From NCBI GenBank assembly GCA_013416795.1, contig RQSC01000026.1, forward strand, positions 205,335 to 269,334: DNA of 64,000 bases. Reading direction: 5' to 3'. The notes beneath the pieces are model-generated. The model did no database searches and was not told the origin of the DNA. It worked only from the letters and a program-made list of their open reading frames with translations. The translations under genes were made by a program, and so were the position numbers. Position 1 is the first letter of the stretch. Every line of letters starts with the position of its first letter. This DNA comes from Prasinococcaceae sp. CCMP 1430 (lineage: Eukaryota; Plantae; Prasinodermophyta). This document shows, piece by piece, positions 32,018 to 44,469 of this stretch.

Positions 32018-35000
32018 ATGGGACGCAGGGTGGACGACGCCGAGCTGCAGGCGGAAATCAGCGACGCCGTGTTCCAGTGCAGAAGCGACGTTTCCCGGGC
32101 GAAGCGGACCTTCCAAGACATCGTCAACCGCGCGGGGCGTGAGGAGGCGCTGCACGCCGCCTTGCAGATTGCTGCCAAGCTCGACTTCGTGGAGGTGGTG
32201 AAGTACCTAGTCGAGAATGGCGCAGACCCGGCCTTCGTGCCGGCCAGCGATGACGACCTCTTCAAGTACAAGATGTTCACGCCGATGGGCAGCGCGGCGC
32301 AGACGATCGCACTCGACTCCGCCCGGGAGATGTCCGATCAGAAGCTGTTCCTCCGTGGGGGCACTGCCGCGCATGCCGCGAACGGATGCCTGCACACAGT
32401 GACGCACATAGGCCTGTCGCCCTTGATGATCGCCGCCAAGAGCAACAAGGGCACTGCGCCGCAGATGGTCAAGCTGCTGCTCGACCGGGGAGCAAATCCA
32501 TGCCAAGTGACCAACAGGCACGACAACATCCCGAACACGCCGCTGATCGTCGCAACGTACTACAACAAGCCGGAGGCAGTCAAGCTGATCTGCGCAGCCA
32601 TCAGGCGGGGCAGGCCCTTCTACGCTGACGACAGCGGCGCTGCGCCCACCGGCCAGAAGAAGAAGAAGAAGGCGAAAAAGGGGAAGACGCCCCAACCTTC
32701 ACCGGGGTGCTGGGAAGAGTGGACCGAGGCCAACATGGTAGACGACCAGCCTGGCAACAACACCGCGCTCCACCAGGCTGCAGCAAAAGGATTCGTGGCG
32801 TGCATCGAGGCCCTCCTCGATGCCTCTGCCGACCCCAACCGCGCGACCAAGAGGAGCAACAACACGCCGCTCATGCTCGCTGCCCGGGAGGGGCATTTCG
32901 AGGCTGTCAAAGTGCTTGCAGCGCGCGGAGCGAACTCGCGGAGGGAGAATGCCGAGGGAATGAATGCCTTTGGGCTTGCCGCCGAAGCCGGGCACTTCGA
33001 TATCATGTGTGAGCTTGCGTCGACCCCGGCCGAGAAGTTGGAGGTGCAGCTCGCAATCGATGCGTTAGGGTTGTCAGACGACGTACCCGCGCTCGTGGCG
33101 GAGAGCAGCGATGACGAGGACGGCAGCTATGCATCCCAAAGCGACTCTTCTGGAGCGGACGATTCGGAGAACGAGGGCGACGAAGGTGGCGAGGCGCAGC
33201 GGGCTGCGTCTCGTTCCCCTTCTGTGCCGCCGAACGACCGGCGTGAGGCGTCCAGGCGCCCGGAGACGGTCCCGAGCAAGCCATCTGCGGCCGCGGCGAG
33301 TGTGTCCGATGCGAACGAGCCACCGCCCCTTAGGTCAGATGAGTCCGAGGGGGGCACAGATACGGCGAGCGAAGCCGACAGCGACGAGAGTGTGCCGGAG
33401 CTGGAGTCTGACAGCTCCGACGACGATGCGTCGCACGAGAAGTCCGTGTCAAAGAAAGCGCCAGCACCCGGACCAACAGAACCCATCACCGCTGGCGCCG
33501 TCACGGAGCTGGTGGAGTGCAAAGTAGGCGCAAACAGGCCACGGATGCCGGCGCTGGTACTCAATGTGGTGGCAGTCTGGTCTGGATCCAATGCGCGCAC
33601 GATGGAACCTTTGCAATCGAATACTGAGGTCGCTGCCACAACGGGAACATGTTTCCCTCCGATCGACCTGCCGAGGGCCAAGGACACGCGGCCCGACTGC
33701 GTCTGCCTCTCGCTGTCCGACGGCGAGTGGCTTTTCCAGGCTTTCTTGTCGCAGGTGTGCGCGCCGAGTGCGGCCATCAAGCCTGGCCTGAGGGTGAGAT
33801 TGGAGGACTACGATACCTTTGGCGGCGACTTTGCGGCTGTGGTGATCCACAGACTGTCAACGCTGGAGAGGGCGCGCGAAGACCTTCCGGCGGGCCGTCA
33901 GGTGACGCCCGCCCGGTGGGCGAAGGACTACGAGAAAGCCCCGTTGGGCCCGAGCACCAGATTCCACTTCACGATGGGCGCGGTGAACGCGTTTAATATG
34001 ATGAGGAAGAAAGGCATCGGGCGCGCGACAATTGGCAAGTACAAGGTGTCACCAGGCGTGCATACCATGGAGATCGTCGTGCAATTTGCTGGTGCGATGC
34101 GAGTGGACTATGCAGATGCATGCTTGGCGATGATCGCAGACGGCACGGCCCGCGCCAACGTCCTGCTCAACGGCCAGGCTGAGAGGGAGGTCATTGACGG
34201 GCACGTCCCTGCCAACGCCATCATTCGCATCCAAGAGTGGGAGGTGCATCCGGACAACACCGGAATTGCGCGTATCAACAGGCTCAAGGTGCTCCGCAAG
34301 TACTACCGCCCTCAGTACAAGGCACGGAGCCCGTGGCCGGGCACCGAATGGGAGCCGCATCCATTGGTAGTGCCTGCCGATGAGTTGCAAGTGGTGCGAG
34401 ACGCGGTCAAGTGCGAGAAGGAGGAGAAGAAGGCAAGGTCGAAACAAGCCAAGAGAGAAGCCGCTGCAAGTGGCAAGTCGCGATATGCCGAGCCCGAGGT
34501 GGTGCAGAGTGAAGACGCTTCGGCGTACGCTCGCATGCGAGCCCAGGAGATGGGCGCTGGCAAGGGCAAAGAGGCTGCGGGGGAGCCGAAGAATGAGGAG
34601 GACGGGCACGAGCACGTCGCGGAGGCGCCTCGCGCGCACGACTCGGGCCGGTCGAGACGCGAAGAGGAACAGGAGCGTCAGAAGGCCCTGGTGGAAGAGC
34701 GCCGTCTGGAGAAGGCAGCCAAGAAAGCGGCCAAGAAGAAGAAGAAGTCTGCAAAGGTTGCCGTGGATGGGGATGCCACCGCGGACGCCAAGGCGACAGA
34801 GGAGGACATAGAGCCCCCTGATGCTACGGAGGCAGCGCTCACGCGTGGGGCTGACCCCTCCACATCTGCACGCCCGTCTGTCCCCTCCAAAAGCGCCGGG
34901 CCATCCACCACGGCCGCGCCGACCGTGAAGATTGCAGTGCGCGCGGGCGCCAACTTCAAGCCGAAGATTGGCAAGTCCATCGCCGACGAACTCAGGGAAG

Positions 35001-36770
35001 AACTTGGTGTGGAGCAAAACGAGGAGCAGGTCTTTGAGACTGGGCGCCCGGTGCAGACGAACGTGTGGGAGGCCCGCGGACGCCAGGCGCACTGTCGCGG
35101 TGTTTGGGAATCGCGGGAGCGTCATGATGACTACGACGACTACGACGCGTGCGGATACGAATACGAATACGAATACGAGGGCGGCTCTTTTCCTCCCCCT
35201 CAGCCGCCGGGGACGGGGTACAATGGGGCATACCAAGATCCATTGCCCGTCCCCCAGTCAGCGCCGGCGCAGATGGCCCACATGCCGCCAGCGATGCCGC
35301 CGCTGGGAGCTGTGCACTTGGGTCGGCAGACCGCGATGCGGTCAGTCGCTGGTGACCCGAGGCCGAGCGCCGCGGCTGCGGCTGCAGCCGCTGCGGCAAT
35401 AGAGGCGGTTTCGAGGCCGAGCCCCGCGGCTGCGGCTGCTGCCACTGCGGCATTAGAGGCGATTTCGCTTCGCGAGCGTAACGCGCCGCCCTCGCCAAGG
35501 CCGGTGCCGTCAGCGCAGCAGCCCAGAGAGTCGGACAAGAGTTCAGGGGACGCCAAGAAGAAGAAGAAGCGCAACAAAATCCGCAAGATCTACATGGACG
35601 ATGATGACGAGTGCGTGTTCTGCCTCGATGAACTGCGAGGGAAGGAGTGGGTGGCTGTGGTCGGCGGGTGTGGGCACGTGGCCTGCTGGGAGTGCGCCCA
35701 GGACTACATGGAGAGGGTAGGGCGTGGCAACACTGGCCCGTCGATTTTGCCCACGACGTTCACGTGCTTCAAATGCAGAGATGTCTTTGAGGAGAAGGAC
35801 ATTTCGAAATGGCGGGTTGAGGCCGCAATTGACATGGCAAGGCGTTTCGAGGAGTACAACAGCAGGGAGGGCGACGAGTCAGGCGCTGAGCTCGTGGCCA
35901 CGGGTTCGGCACGAGGCGACGCCGCTGTTGTGGTCGCGGACCCGGGCGCCGACGCCGTGGGCCCGTTGTCGGAGGGCGAGGATCCCCCGGCCCGGGATGC
36001 CGCTGGCACAAGCACAGACGGTGCTGGAGTTGATTGGAGCGGTCTTTCCGCCGCGAGTGCAAGCGCAGCGTCGCCGACATTTCAGGCGGCTCATATATCC
36101 GAGCCGATTGTCGCGTCAACCGCAGTCTCGGCCATAGGGACCGACCTGTACGGCGGCAGCAGCTCGATGTCGCCGGCGTCGATGCTCGCACAGCTGGGGC
36201 AGGAGGCACGGCCGAGCCCAATGCCGCCGACCGCCGTTGGAATGGGCGCGTCCGCGACCTCTGCGATGTCATCGGCGGTAGCCAACGCGGGGGGTACGGT
36301 GCAAGGCTCCTTGGGCTGGACGTCGACAGGCGCCTCTGCGCCCCACTCTCCCCCCCACGCGCCTGCGCATACGTCGACGACGCCGAGAGTGCTCTTGCGC
36401 CGCCCTCCACCGGGTTTCTCTGCGACGCCGCAGAACACGCCACTCGCGCGCGCGATGGTGCGTACCACCCATACGAGCGCGCAGCCTCGCATGCCCCCAG
36501 GCGTGCCCGCACGCGCACCTGCAAGCGCCCTTCGAGCCCCTCTTACAGCCCTCCTGGTAGCTGACGCACGCGTGCTGGCGCTCGCGCGCGCAGGGCGACA
36601 TTCGACCGGGCGCGCCACCGTACGCGCCCGTGCAGCCGTTCGCGCCCAAGGCGCCCCTAGCGGCGCCCGCACCCGCGCCCATTCCCCTTCCCGCGGCCAA
36701 GGGCAGCAGCGACGAGGGCGGAAGCGACGACGAGGACATGATGGGTTTGCTCTTCATGGCGGAGGCATAG
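32018..36770 (+). CDS. Ankyrin-repeat + two OB-fold-like + RING-finger protein (intron 36458-36593)
   Basis: ANK motifs (SPLMIAA, TALHQAA, TPLMLAA); C3HC4 RING CVFC..CGHVACWEC..CFKC. Splicing gives a terminal exon ending in TAG at 36770. Confidence 0.85.
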
Positions 36771-36933
36771 TACAGCGCGCGCATTGGCAGCGCATCGGCG
36801 CAAGCTGGCGCGCGTGCCGTCAGATATGGGACTGTGAGACTGTTCACAACGCAGCACACGCTGCTCGCCACACCACGCGCGCCTCGTGCAGCGCGCCGCG
36901 CGCGGCGTGCAGCGGCGCGCAGTGCGCCAACCC

Positions 36934-37961
36934 ATGCGCTCGCGCGCGCTGGCGGTGGCGATGGCGCTGCTCGTGGCGGGTGCGACCCGGCGTGGAGGAC
37001 TTCTGCGAGCCCGCGTGCGCGCCTGGCGGCGGCGGCGCCGGCGCACTGCCGGCGCACCTGCGGCTGACGGGCTGGGACTGCGCGGCCGAGTGCGACTATC
37101 GCTGCATGCAGGCGAGGGCAGCCGCGCGCGCGGCTGCGGGCAAGCGCGCACACAAGTACCACGGCAAGTGGGCCTTCGTGCGGCTGGCGGGGCTGCAGGA
37201 GCCGCTGTCGTCCGCGGCGAGCGTGGCGAACCTCCTCGCGCACGCTCTTGCGCGACGGCGATGGCGGCCGGCGGAGCGCGGCGGGCCGTACGGCGCGCTG
37301 TGGATGGTGTACACCGCGGTGCACGTCAACGCGTGGGTGTGGTCGACAGTCTTTCACGCGCGCGACACGCGCGCTACCGAGGCAGCCGACTACCTGTCTG
37401 CGGCGGGCTCGCTTTTCGTGTCGGCAGCATGCGTGGCTGCGCGCACCTTGGCCGCTCGCACAGCAGCAGCACAGGTACGCAGCAGCCTTCCGCGCTTGCC
37501 AGCGGAGCGTGGGAGGGCGGGTGGGGGTCAGGCATGCGCACGCGCGGGCGCATGCGCGCGCCCTTGCGCACGTGCTGACCGCGCTCGCCCCGCGGGGGGG
37601 GCGAGAGCAGGCGGCGCTGGTCGCCTGCGCGCTGGTCGCCCTCGCCGCCCACGCGCGGTACATGCTCTTCGTCAAGTTCGACTACGGCTGGAACATGAGC
37701 GTGTGCCTCGCCGTAGGCGTGGGACAGATGGCGGCGGTCGTGGCGTGGGCGTACGTGGCGCGTCATCCGGCGCGGCGCTACCTGGCCGTGGGCATCGGCC
37801 TCATGTGCGCGTGCACGCTGCTCGAGGTGTTCGACTTTGCCCCGCTCGCGGGAGTTGCCGACGCGCACGCGCTCTTCCACGTGGCCAGCCCGCCGGTCAT
37901 CCTCATGTGGTACGAATTTCTGCGGAGGGACGCCAACCATCTCGCCGAGAAGGAGCTCTAG
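36934..37961 (+). CDS. PGAP3: PGAP3/Per1 GPI-remodelling protein (intron 37474-37610; apparent frameshift or deletion near 36990)
   Basis: WDCAAECDYRCM, KYHGKWAFVR..LQEP, NAWVWSTVFHARD, FDYGWNM, LEVFDFAP..DAHALFH. Confidence 0.9.
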
Positions 37962-37978
37962 CGCCTGCCCCGAGGGCT

Positions 37979-38013
<35 letters not shown>

Positions 38014-38124
38014 CCGCACGCCGTGCTGCTGAGGGACACTACTGTGTACTAATTTACAATCGCATACTCATCAGCACCCCACGCCCGCTCCCTGCCGAAG
38101 GCGAGAAGGAGGGGGGGGGGGAGG

Positions 38125-38757
38125 CTAGAGCGGTGCGCCGCCCGCGCCGAGCCCCTTGCGCTGCATCTTCATGCGCGCCATCTTGCGCTTGTCCTCGGCG
38201 AACTTCTCGCGGAGCGTGAGCAACTCCGAGCGGCGCTTCTCGCGCGCCTGGAAAGTGTAGAAGTTTGACAGCCCCTTGGTCGCCTTGGATGCCTTGGGCG
38301 CGAGTGCGGCAGCCGCTGCTGCGGACACACCAGACACCTGTGCGGTGTGCGCGGCGCCAAGGACGTCAGCGCGCGCAAGGGCTGCGGCGAGCGTGGCGAC
38401 GCGCTGAGCTGCGAGGCCACCGCGAACGGCGAGGTGCGCTCTGAGAGCCGGTATGCGCGCGCCAAAGCGCATGCACCCGCGCGTGCGCACCTTGGCCCCG
38501 CCGACCGCGCCCTCCCCTCCCGACTTTTTTCGGCCCTTCCTGTTCACCACCAGCGTCCAGCCGTCGGCGTCCGCCGTCCGCGCCGCCGCGAGCTTCTCCT
38601 CCTCCTCGGTTGCCGCACGGCGGTCCGCCGCGAGCGCCGCCGCGTCGTACCGCCGCTTGAGCGCGGCGAACCCCGGCCGCGCGGCCGCGTGCGCGGCGAG
38701 CCACGCGCGCATGCCCCTCGCCACCTCCAAGCCCTCCTCCGCAGCCACCTCCGACAT
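38125..38757 (-). CDS. RRP7: RRP7-domain ribosome biogenesis protein (intron 38338-38490)
   Basis: DADGWTLV and NFYTFQAREKRRSELLTLREKFAEDKRKM. Confidence 0.85.
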   Translation of the reverse strand: MSEVAAEEGLEVARGMRAWLAAHAAARPGFAALKRRYDAAALAADRRAATEEEEKLAAARTADADGWTLVVNRKGRKKSGGEGAVGGAKVRTRGCMRFGARIPALRAHLAVRGGLAAQRVATLAAALARADVLGAAHTAQVSGVSAAAAAALAPKASKATKGLSNFYTFQAREKRRSELLTLREKFAEDKRKMARMKMQRKGLGAGGAPL

Positions 38758-38889
38758 GACTCCCACCCACCCTCCCGCCCACAACGCCCCCTCGCCCCCG
38801 GGGGAGGGGTGGGGCCCGGCGCCGCGCCCGGCGCGCGCGCTGTGGCGGCCGCCAGCCCAGCCGCCGATGCCGACTCGACGCTCGCGCAT

Positions 38890-39325
38890 GCCTTTTGACC
38901 TATACGATCAAAACGCACGCGATGGCGCCGAACGACGGAGTCGGAGGAACCACTATTTCATCCCCGTGGATTGAATCCAAGCGGACCAACCATCTCAACT
39001 TTATATGTAATTGAAAGCGCATGTTCGGGACGGTTGCCCCAAAAAGCCGGCAATAGCGCATTTCGCAACTGACATTTGCCATGTGCAGTTGCGCCGCACA
39101 TGCGCGTACCACAGCACGTTAAAACGCGCGTATACAGACCCTGTAAGTTTAAACCTTAAAACACAACCCAAATCCGAATCGAGATCCCACATCGCATCAT
39201 CGAACACTCAGTATTGGGGTTATATTGTAACCCTAACTACAACGCTCCTAACATTATATATAGTGTGAGGTTCACCAGATCATTTTTAGACCCTTTTGGG
39301 AGTTCATTTCGAAATCGAATTCGGC
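38890..39325. promoter_or_regulatory. AT-rich divergent promoter island with telo-box-like AACCCTAA (39229-39236)
   Basis: Base composition and position between head-to-head genes. Confidence 0.55.
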
Positions 39326-39397
39326 GCTTCCGCGGCGGAGGCGCCGCGCGCCACAGCGCGCCCCGGCGCCGCCCCCGCCGCGCCCGAGCCAGGGAGG

Positions 39398-40449
39398 ATG
39401 AGCCTCCAGCCGGCGTACCATCGGCGCGAACCTCGGCGGACTAGCTAGAGAGTGGCCCGCGGCGGCCGCGCAGTACGCGCGCGCCGCCGAGCTGCTCGAG
39501 CGCGCCGCCGCGGACGGATCGGCGGGCGACGAGGTGCGATCGCTCTGCCCCAGCCTCTCTCTCTCTCCCTCCCTCTCTCTGGCGCGCGCGTGCGCGGGCC
39601 TTATCGCGAGGAGCTGACGCGTGCACGCCCTTATCCTCCCTCTCACCCCCCTCCCCTCAAACCAATCCACCCCTCCCTCTTTTGCCCATCGCATCCCACC
39701 CCGCCCAATCCGACCTCTGCGTGCCCGCACATGTGTGCACACTCTCCCCCTCTCGAGTGCAGGCGCCGCTCGTCCTGGCGAAGGCTAAGGAGTACCGCGC
39801 GCGCGCGGCGGAGCTCGCGCCCGCTGCCAAGGCGGCCAACGCGCAGGCACAGGCGCAGTCCATGGCCGCAGGCGTGTCTCTCATGCAGAGCGGCGTCGCG
39901 GCGGGGCAGAGCATGCAGGAGGCGACCGCCAAGGCCGGCGGGCAGTCGACCATGGCGGGCGCCGCTGCGCTAGGTGCCATCGGCGGGCTCATGTTTCCGG
40001 TTGTCGGCGGCATGATGGCGGCCGTGGGCGCGGCGGGCGCGGCGGCGTACGCCACCACGCGCAGCGACTCTATTGGTGACGTCGCGCGCAAGGCGGGCGC
40101 AGGCGCCGCGCAGACCGCCACGGCGGCCAAGGCCTACAACAAGGAGCACGACCTCACAGGCAAGGCGTCGCGCGCAGCCAGCGCGGTGTATGCGAAGGGC
40201 AAGGAGCTGGACAAGAAGTACTCGCTCGTGGACAAGGCCAAGCAGGCCGCGAGCACCGCCGCGAGCGCCGGCAAGGCCGCGCTAACCAAGGCCGAGCAGA
40301 TCGACGCGAAGCACAATGTGAGCGGGCGCGTCGGCTCGGCGCTCTCGGGCGCTCTCGACAAGGTGTCGTCCGCGCTCGCCCCCGAGGAGCAGTACAAGGT
40401 CGGCAAAGACACGCCCAGCGCGGCGACGCTGCCGCAGGCGCCTCGCTGA
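39398..40449 (+). CDS. MIT-like domain + Ala-rich hypothetical protein (intron ~39533-39762; start region unclear)
   Basis: AAAQYARAAELL...|..LAKAKEYRARAAEL resembles MIT helices; TGTAA at about 40487. Confidence 0.6.
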
Positions 40450-40792
40450 TTGCAGGAGCGCCGCCCGCGCCGCAGAGCTTTCACCCTGTAAAGGCGGCCG
40501 GGGGCGAAGGCGGCCCCAGGGGAGAGCATCGCGAGCGAGCGAGTGCCGCCACACTGCCTTCGAATGCGCAGCACCATCGCACGCGACTACGTGTCACAGT
40601 AAGGCAATTTGAATTTCTCGGTAGGGCCTCGCTGGCGGCGCGCTCGAACGTCGCGAGGCCGCGCAATCTGCGCGTCCGCGCTGCTGGTGCCGTCAATATT
40701 TTTTACAACAATGTGGGAGCCGCCCGTGGCGCCCGTCGCGCGTGGGCTCTCGCCATCCCCTGGTGGCGGATAGACGGACGAGGCCGCGTCAA

Positions 40793-41760
40793 TCACGCGC
40801 TCAGGGCCACATGCAGCATTCCATCTGGCCCAGCGAGCTCCTCGAGTAGCCAGCTCACCGGCGCATCGAGCGGCGGCTCGACGCCCTGCACGCGCACGCG
40901 CACGCCGCCGAGGGGGTCGGGGCGCGCACCATCACCGCCTGCGCCTGCCTCCATCTTGCTGCTGAGATCGCTGCCGTACAGGCCCGCGGCCAGGATTCGC
41001 CGCAGCGCGTCTCCGAAAGACACAGCAGCATCGGCAGAGCGTGTGTAGGCCTCGACACCGTCCCCCCCGCGCGTGTACACGCGCAGCGGCGCCGCGCGTA
41101 CGCTGGCGCCGTCCTCCGCAGCGCGCAATTTTGTCTCTGGCCGTTGCCACGCAGCTACGTCCGCCGCATCGGCTGCCTCCCACAGCGACCTCAATTCGGC
41201 AGCGGAAAGCGCAAGCACGCTCTTCGCACTGCCGAAGCGCACGAAGGCCGCCTCCTTGATGGTGCTGCAGAAGGCCGCAAACGGGGTGTCGGCGCCTGCC
41301 GCACCGGGTGCCCCAAGCGCTGCGGCTGGCCACCGCGAGAAGTGCGCCGTGAGCCTCCAAGGCAGGGCGCCGCCACCCAGAAGGTCGAAGAGCGCCCCCA
41401 CAGGCATCCATGCCTTCAGCGGGAGGCCGTCCTCTGTGCTGAACCACACGCATGGCGCCGTCTCGCGCGAGTCCGCCCCGTCGTCCTCCTCGTCGCTCTT
41501 GGACGCACGCGCCACGAGCATCTCGGCGGTGCGCGCGGGTGCGAAGTACGCGGCGGCGGCAGCGGCGAGGAAACTGCCTGCACCCGCGTACGACGCGCGC
41601 GGAACCATGGCCGCGTACGGCTTTGGAGCCTCTGACGGATCCACAGCGAGGTCGTCGCGCGCGAGGTCGACAAGGACGGGCAGGGCGCCACCGACCGCAC
41701 GCCCACGCGCGCCCGCGCCTGCGCCATCGCCTGCATTGGCGAGCGCGGCCGCACGCGAGG
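40793..41760 (-). CDS. ATG5: Autophagy protein ATG5 (start uncertain)
   Basis: GGALPV, MVPRASY, VWFSTEDGLPLKAWMPVGALFDLL..LPWRLTAHF, TIKEAAFVRFGS, VQGVEPPLDAP, PDGMLHV. Confidence 0.9.
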
Positions 41761-42109
41761 CGGCCGCGCCCAGAGCACAGCGGTGGCGTCGGCGTCCCTC
41801 GCCCCGCGCAGGCGCAGGCGCGCCGCAGGCGCGCCGCAGGCCGTAGGCCGCGCGCGCACGTAGGGGGAGAAGGGTGAGAGGGGACGGCGCCGGGGCGACC
41901 CACCCGCCGGCGCCAAGGCCCGCGCGAGGGAAAGGGCTCGCGGCCAGGGAAGAGGGCGGAGGGAGGGGGGGAGGGGGGGCAGAGGCGAGGCGCGCAGTCT
42001 GCCGCGCGCGCGGGCTCACGCGCGCAGATGCATTTTGACCTCGTTTTGGTACCATCAAAACACATGCGAGTGGAAGGTGTGTGTGCACTGTGTGGAGTGT
42101 GTGTCTTGA

Positions 42110-42140
<31 letters not shown>

Positions 42141-42561
42141 CCTGCCGCACGTGCGCGCGTGCCCCTGTCGTTGGAGGGGAGCGCGCGCGCGCTGGGCTCG
42201 CCACAGCGCGTGCGGGGGTGCTGGCGTGCTTCGGGGAGAAGTGCCTCTTGACGTAGACCGCGTGTGCCCGCGCGTGCGCGCGCGCATGGCGCCGAGTCGC
42301 GGGAGGGTTTCGGGAGCGGCGCTCGCGCACGCGCACGCGTGAGCACGCGACACGCCCACGCCCCCACCGCGCACTGCGGGGCGCGTCCCGACTCTCCCCT
42401 CTCCCCACACCCACCCACTTCCCGCCCATTTCCCCCCTCCCGTGCGCCAACACACGTGCTGCGACTTGTCGGGCTCCGACTGACGCGCGCATGACGCGCT
42501 TCCGCCGCTCGCCCGCGGTGGTCCTGCGCGATGGATGCGCTTGTGCGTGCGCACCGGGCAG

Positions 42562-44394
42562 GGCGCCACTGCGGAGCGGAGCCCGAGCGCGCTGGAGGAG
42601 GTGGAGGCCGCCTTCGCCGCCGCGCTCGCGACTGCTTTTCCTTCGGTCACGCCCGCGCCAGCGCCCGCCGTCGCGCCATGCGCCAACCCGCAGTTCGGCG
42701 ATTTCCAGTGCAACAACGCGATGGGGCTCTTCAAGCGCCTGCAGGCGGCAGCCAAGGGGGACGACGAGGCCGCCGCAGCCGTGCCGAAGTCACCGCGCGA
42801 CGTCGCGCAGGCCATCCTCGATGCCCTGCCCGCCGAAGGAGTCGCCGCTGACCTGATCGCAGAGACGTCGGTCGCTGGCCCCGGTTTCATCAACGTGCGG
42901 CTCGGCGGCGCGTATCTCGAGGGGCGCCTGGCGAGCGTGGTGGCAGACGGCGCTCGCGCGCTCGCGCCGGCGGCGCCCGCGGGTGTGCGCCGTGCGGTGG
43001 TCGACTTCAGCTCGCCCAACATCGCGAAGGAGATGCACGTGGGCCACCTAAGGTCCACAATCATCGGCGACTCCCTCGCTCGGCTGCTTGAGTATGCCGG
43101 CGTCGAGGTGGTGCGCCTCAACCACGTGGGCGACTGGGGCACGCAGTTCGGCATGCTCATCGAGCACCTGCGCGAGACGACGCCGGACTTCGACAGCGCG
43201 GAGGGCTGCATGCCAGTGGCGGACCTCATGGCACTCTACAAGGCCGCCAAGGCGCGCTTCGACGCTGACGCGGACTTCAAGGCGCGCGCGCAGCAGGCAG
43301 TGGTTGCGCTGCAGTCTGGCGACGAGGCGAGCGTGGCAGCATGGAAGCGCATCTGCGAAGCCAGCCGCGCGGAGTTCGAGGCCATCTATGAGCAGCTCGG
43401 TGTGGAGGGCCTAGTCGAGCGCGGGGAGTCGTTCTACAACCCCATGCTCGCGGAGACCGTCGAGGAGCTGACCGAGGCGGGGCTGGTCGTGGAGAGCGAC
43501 GGCGCGCAGTGCGTATTCTCGGAGGATAAGCCCGACGGCCCGCCGCTCATCGTGCGCAAGTCCGATGGCGGTTTCAACTATGCGTCTACCGACCTCGCCG
43601 CGGTGCGCCACAGGGTCAACGAAGAGAAGGCCGATTGGGTGATCTACGTGACCGACTCGGGGCAGTCGCTGCACTTCAAGGGCGTCTTTGACGCGGCGCG
43701 GCGCGCGGGGTTCGTGTCGCGCGCGGGCGAGGGCGAGGCCGACGTGCGTCTGGACCACTGCGGCTTTGGGCTGGTGCTCGGCGAAGACGGGAAGCGCTTC
43801 CGCACGCGCTCCACGGAGGTGGTGCGCCTTGCGGACCTGCTCGACGAGGCCAAGGCGCGCTGCCTCGAGCAGTTCAAAGAGCGCGCGGTGGAGGGCATCG
43901 ACGTGGACGCGGCCGCCGAGGCCATGGGCTACGGCGCGGTGAAGTACGCGGACCTCAAGAACAAGAAGGAGTCCAACTACGCGTTCTCGTACGACCGCAT
44001 GCTGGACCTCAAGGGAAACACAGCGGTGTACCTGCTCTACGCCCACGCGCGCGTGTGCTCCATCGTGCGCAAGAGCGGCCGCAGCCTCGAGGAGGTTCGC
44101 GCTCTGCCGGCGGAGTCCCTGCACCTGGGCGAGCCCACGGAGCGCGCGCTGGCCCTGCAGCTGCTCAAGTTCCAGGACACGGCCGCCGAGGCCATCGATG
44201 AGCTGGCCATGAACAGGGTGACCGACTACCTGTACGAGCTGGCGGGTGCCTTCACCGACTTCTATGGGGAGTGCAAGGTGGTCGGCGATGACAAGGCGAC
44301 GGAGGACTCGCGGCTGATGTTGTGCGCGGCGACGCTGGTGGTGATGCGGCAGTGCTTCAGCCTCCTGGGCATCGAGGCGCTCGAGAGGCTGTGA
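42562..44394 (+). CDS. argS: Arginyl-tRNA synthetase (main exon; upstream exon uncertain)
   Basis: FGDFQCNNAM, VDFSSPNIAKEMHVGHLRSTIIG, NHVGDWGTQFG, RKSDGG, GNTAVYLLYAHAR. Confidence 0.97.
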   Translation, partial: GATAERSPSALEEVEAAFAAALATAFPSVTPAPAPAVAPCANPQFGDFQCNNAMGLFKRLQAAAKGDDEAAAAVPKSPRDVAQAILDALPAEGVAADLIAETSVAGPGFINVRLGGAYLEGRLASVVADGARALAPAAPAGVRRAVVDFSSPNIAKEMHVGHLRSTIIGDSLARLLEYAGVEVVRLNHVGDWGTQFGMLIEHLRETTPDFDSAEGCMPVADLMALYKAAKARFDADADFKARAQQAVVALQSGDEASVAAWKRICEASRAEFEAIYEQLGVEGLVERGESFYNPMLAETVEELTEAGLVVESDGAQCVFSEDKPDGPPLIVRKSDGGFNYASTDLAAVRHRVNEEKADWVIYVTDSGQSLHFKGVFDAARRAGFVSRAGEGEADVRLDHCGFGLVLGEDGKRFRTRSTEVVRLADLLDEAKARCLEQFKERAVEGIDVDAAAEAMGYGAVKYADLKNKKESNYAFSYDRMLDLKGNTAVYLLYAHARVCSIVRKSGRSLEEVRALPAESLHLGEPTERALALQLLKFQDTAAEAIDELAMNRVTDYLYELAGAFTDFYGECKVVGDDKATEDSRLMLCAATLVVMRQCFSLLGIEALERL

Positions 44395-44469
44395 AGTCGC
44401 CCGACCGGGGAGTTTGTAAATTAATTTGTTGCGGGAAGTGCCCCGTCGATGGCGTGGCGCGCGTGGCCG

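Noticed and set aside
31931-38032. 2033-aa ORF suggesting an ANK-RING-PGAP3 fusion
   Set aside because: A canonical intron at 36458-36593 leads to a stop at 36770, and PGAP3 has its own signal-peptide ATG. The long frame is a GC-rich read-through.
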